A stretch of 32,000 nt of DNA from Methanopyrus kandleri AV19. Its GTDB lineage: Archaea > JAADCQ01 > Methanopyri > Methanopyrales > Methanopyraceae. The notes below the pieces were generated by a model. It was not told the origin of the DNA and made no database searches. It saw nothing but the letters and a program-made list of their open reading frames with translations. Each line of letters opens with the position of its first letter. Position 1 is the stretch's first letter. The stretch covers positions 420,001-452,000 of the forward strand of contig NC_003551.1 in assembly GCF_000007185.1 (NCBI RefSeq). The letters run 5' to 3'. This document shows positions 31,132 to 32,000 of the stretch, piece by piece. Both the position numbers and the translations under genes were made by a program.

Positions 31132-32000
31132 TCATGATCGTCCCCCTCCGAGGCGCGAGTGGTCCTGTACCAAACGTTACCACGGATCGCAAGCCAGATC
31201 AGGCCGTACACGGCGGCCCATTCGACGAAGAACGTCCACATGAACTGACAGGGCATAACCGCGAGAGCCCAGAGTGGCCCTCTACGGTTCGAACATTCGA
31301 GTGCAGCAAGGACCGAGTAGATCATGCGACCGGCGAGAGAGATCAGTATCGTCCATGGATACACCAACGGGAGAATATAAGTGGTGAGGAACGACGCCAA
31401 GAGCGATCCCAGGACGAAGACGGCGAACCCTATTCCGGGAAGGTTCCGAGATCGAAGTGCCTCCGCACAGGCTTGGTACATCCCCGCCCACCAACGTGAC
31501 TGCTGGAAGAAGTTCTCCTTCAGGCTGGCCGGGTCGTCCATCCACACCTCCAAATCAGGTCGGTATACGAACCCGACCTTCCGCCACGTGTGGATAAGAC
31601 CGAGTGTGACGTCCTCCGCGAGATTTTCCGGAAGACCCTCTTCAAGGAGGAACGTCGCCTTGAACAAGGTGCCGGTGGTGAAAACGGGGGCTGACCCGAC
31701 GACGTTCCCCCAGAATGATATCCCAGAACTGACGACGTCGAACTGAAGCCCCACCATCAACCCTGTCAGGTTCCTTCCACAGTAGCGGATTCTACCGAAG
31801 GCTAGGGTAGCGTCCTCCTCGAGCAGCTCACGAATGTAGCGGTCGGAACCGAGCTCGTCCCCGGCGTCGATGAGGAATACGTAGTCGGCGCGGGCACTCA
31901 CGCGCTTCAGGGCGTTGTTAACCGTCTCACCCTTGACGTTGCCTCCCGCCTTCACCACTTCCACGATATCGTCGTCGGCGAACCGCCGCGAGAACCGTCT
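31128..32000 (-). CDS. Family 2 glycosyltransferase, multi-TM C-terminus (5' truncated by window edge)
   Basis: Reading frame continues open to the edge (RRFSRRFADDDIVEVVKAGG...). YVFLIDAGDELGSD (DxD-like), QQSRWWAGMYQ (Q/RxxRW) and C-terminal TM helices. ATGA overlap with the PIG-L gene. Confidence 0.82.
   Translation of the reverse strand, partial: RRFSRRFADDDIVEVVKAGGNVKGETVNNALKRVSARADYVFLIDAGDELGSDRYIRELLEEDATLAFGRIRYCGRNLTGLMVGLQFDVVSSGISFWGNVVGSAPVFTTGTLFKATFLLEEGLPENLAEDVTLGLIHTWRKVGFVYRPDLEVWMDDPASLKENFFQQSRWWAGMYQACAEALRSRNLPGIGFAVFVLGSLLASFLTTYILPLVYPWTILISLAGRMIYSVLAALECSNRRGPLWALAVMPCQFMWTFFVEWAAVYGLIWLAIRGNVWYRTTRASEGDDHD

Overview
This 32 kb window is archaeal and looks like the genome of a hyperthermophilic methanogen, probably Methanopyrus kandleri or a close relative. 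I infer that from gene content and compactness; no database search was run. The centre (about 5.9-16.6 kb, all minus strand) is an Eha-type energy-converting membrane [NiFe] hydrogenase operon: EhaA-O-like membrane, small and large subunits, then four consecutive (poly)ferredoxins with 22 four-cysteine [4Fe-4S] motifs in total, then a two-CBS-domain protein. Left of it lie an MBF1-like HTH gene end, a minus-strand operon (DUF356-like, SAM methyltransferase, MazG-like, an FtsA/PilM-like actin-superfamily protein, and a predicted tail-anchored membrane protein), a DUF2209-like gene and hflX. Right of it lie a MoxR-like AAA+ ATPase plus VWA protein pair, an unknown protein and a P-loop ATPase packed head-to-head and tail-to-tail, a winged-helix radical SAM protein, lysA (with an apparent +1 frameshift near its N-terminus), an unknown protein, mptA (folE2-type GTP cyclohydrolase), a Cdc48/VAT AAA ATPase interrupted by a 394-aa LAGLIDADG intein, a Mut7-C RNase-like zinc-ribbon protein, an AMMECR1 protein, a PIG-L deacetylase and a truncated family 2 glycosyltransferase. 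The leads most worth following are the lysA frameshift, the FtsA-like/tail-anchored pair, the MoxR-VWA-unknown-P-loop neighbourhood divergent from Eha, the polyferredoxin array, and two structured palindromes in divergent promoter regions. No rRNA, tRNA, CRISPR array or transposon was recognised.
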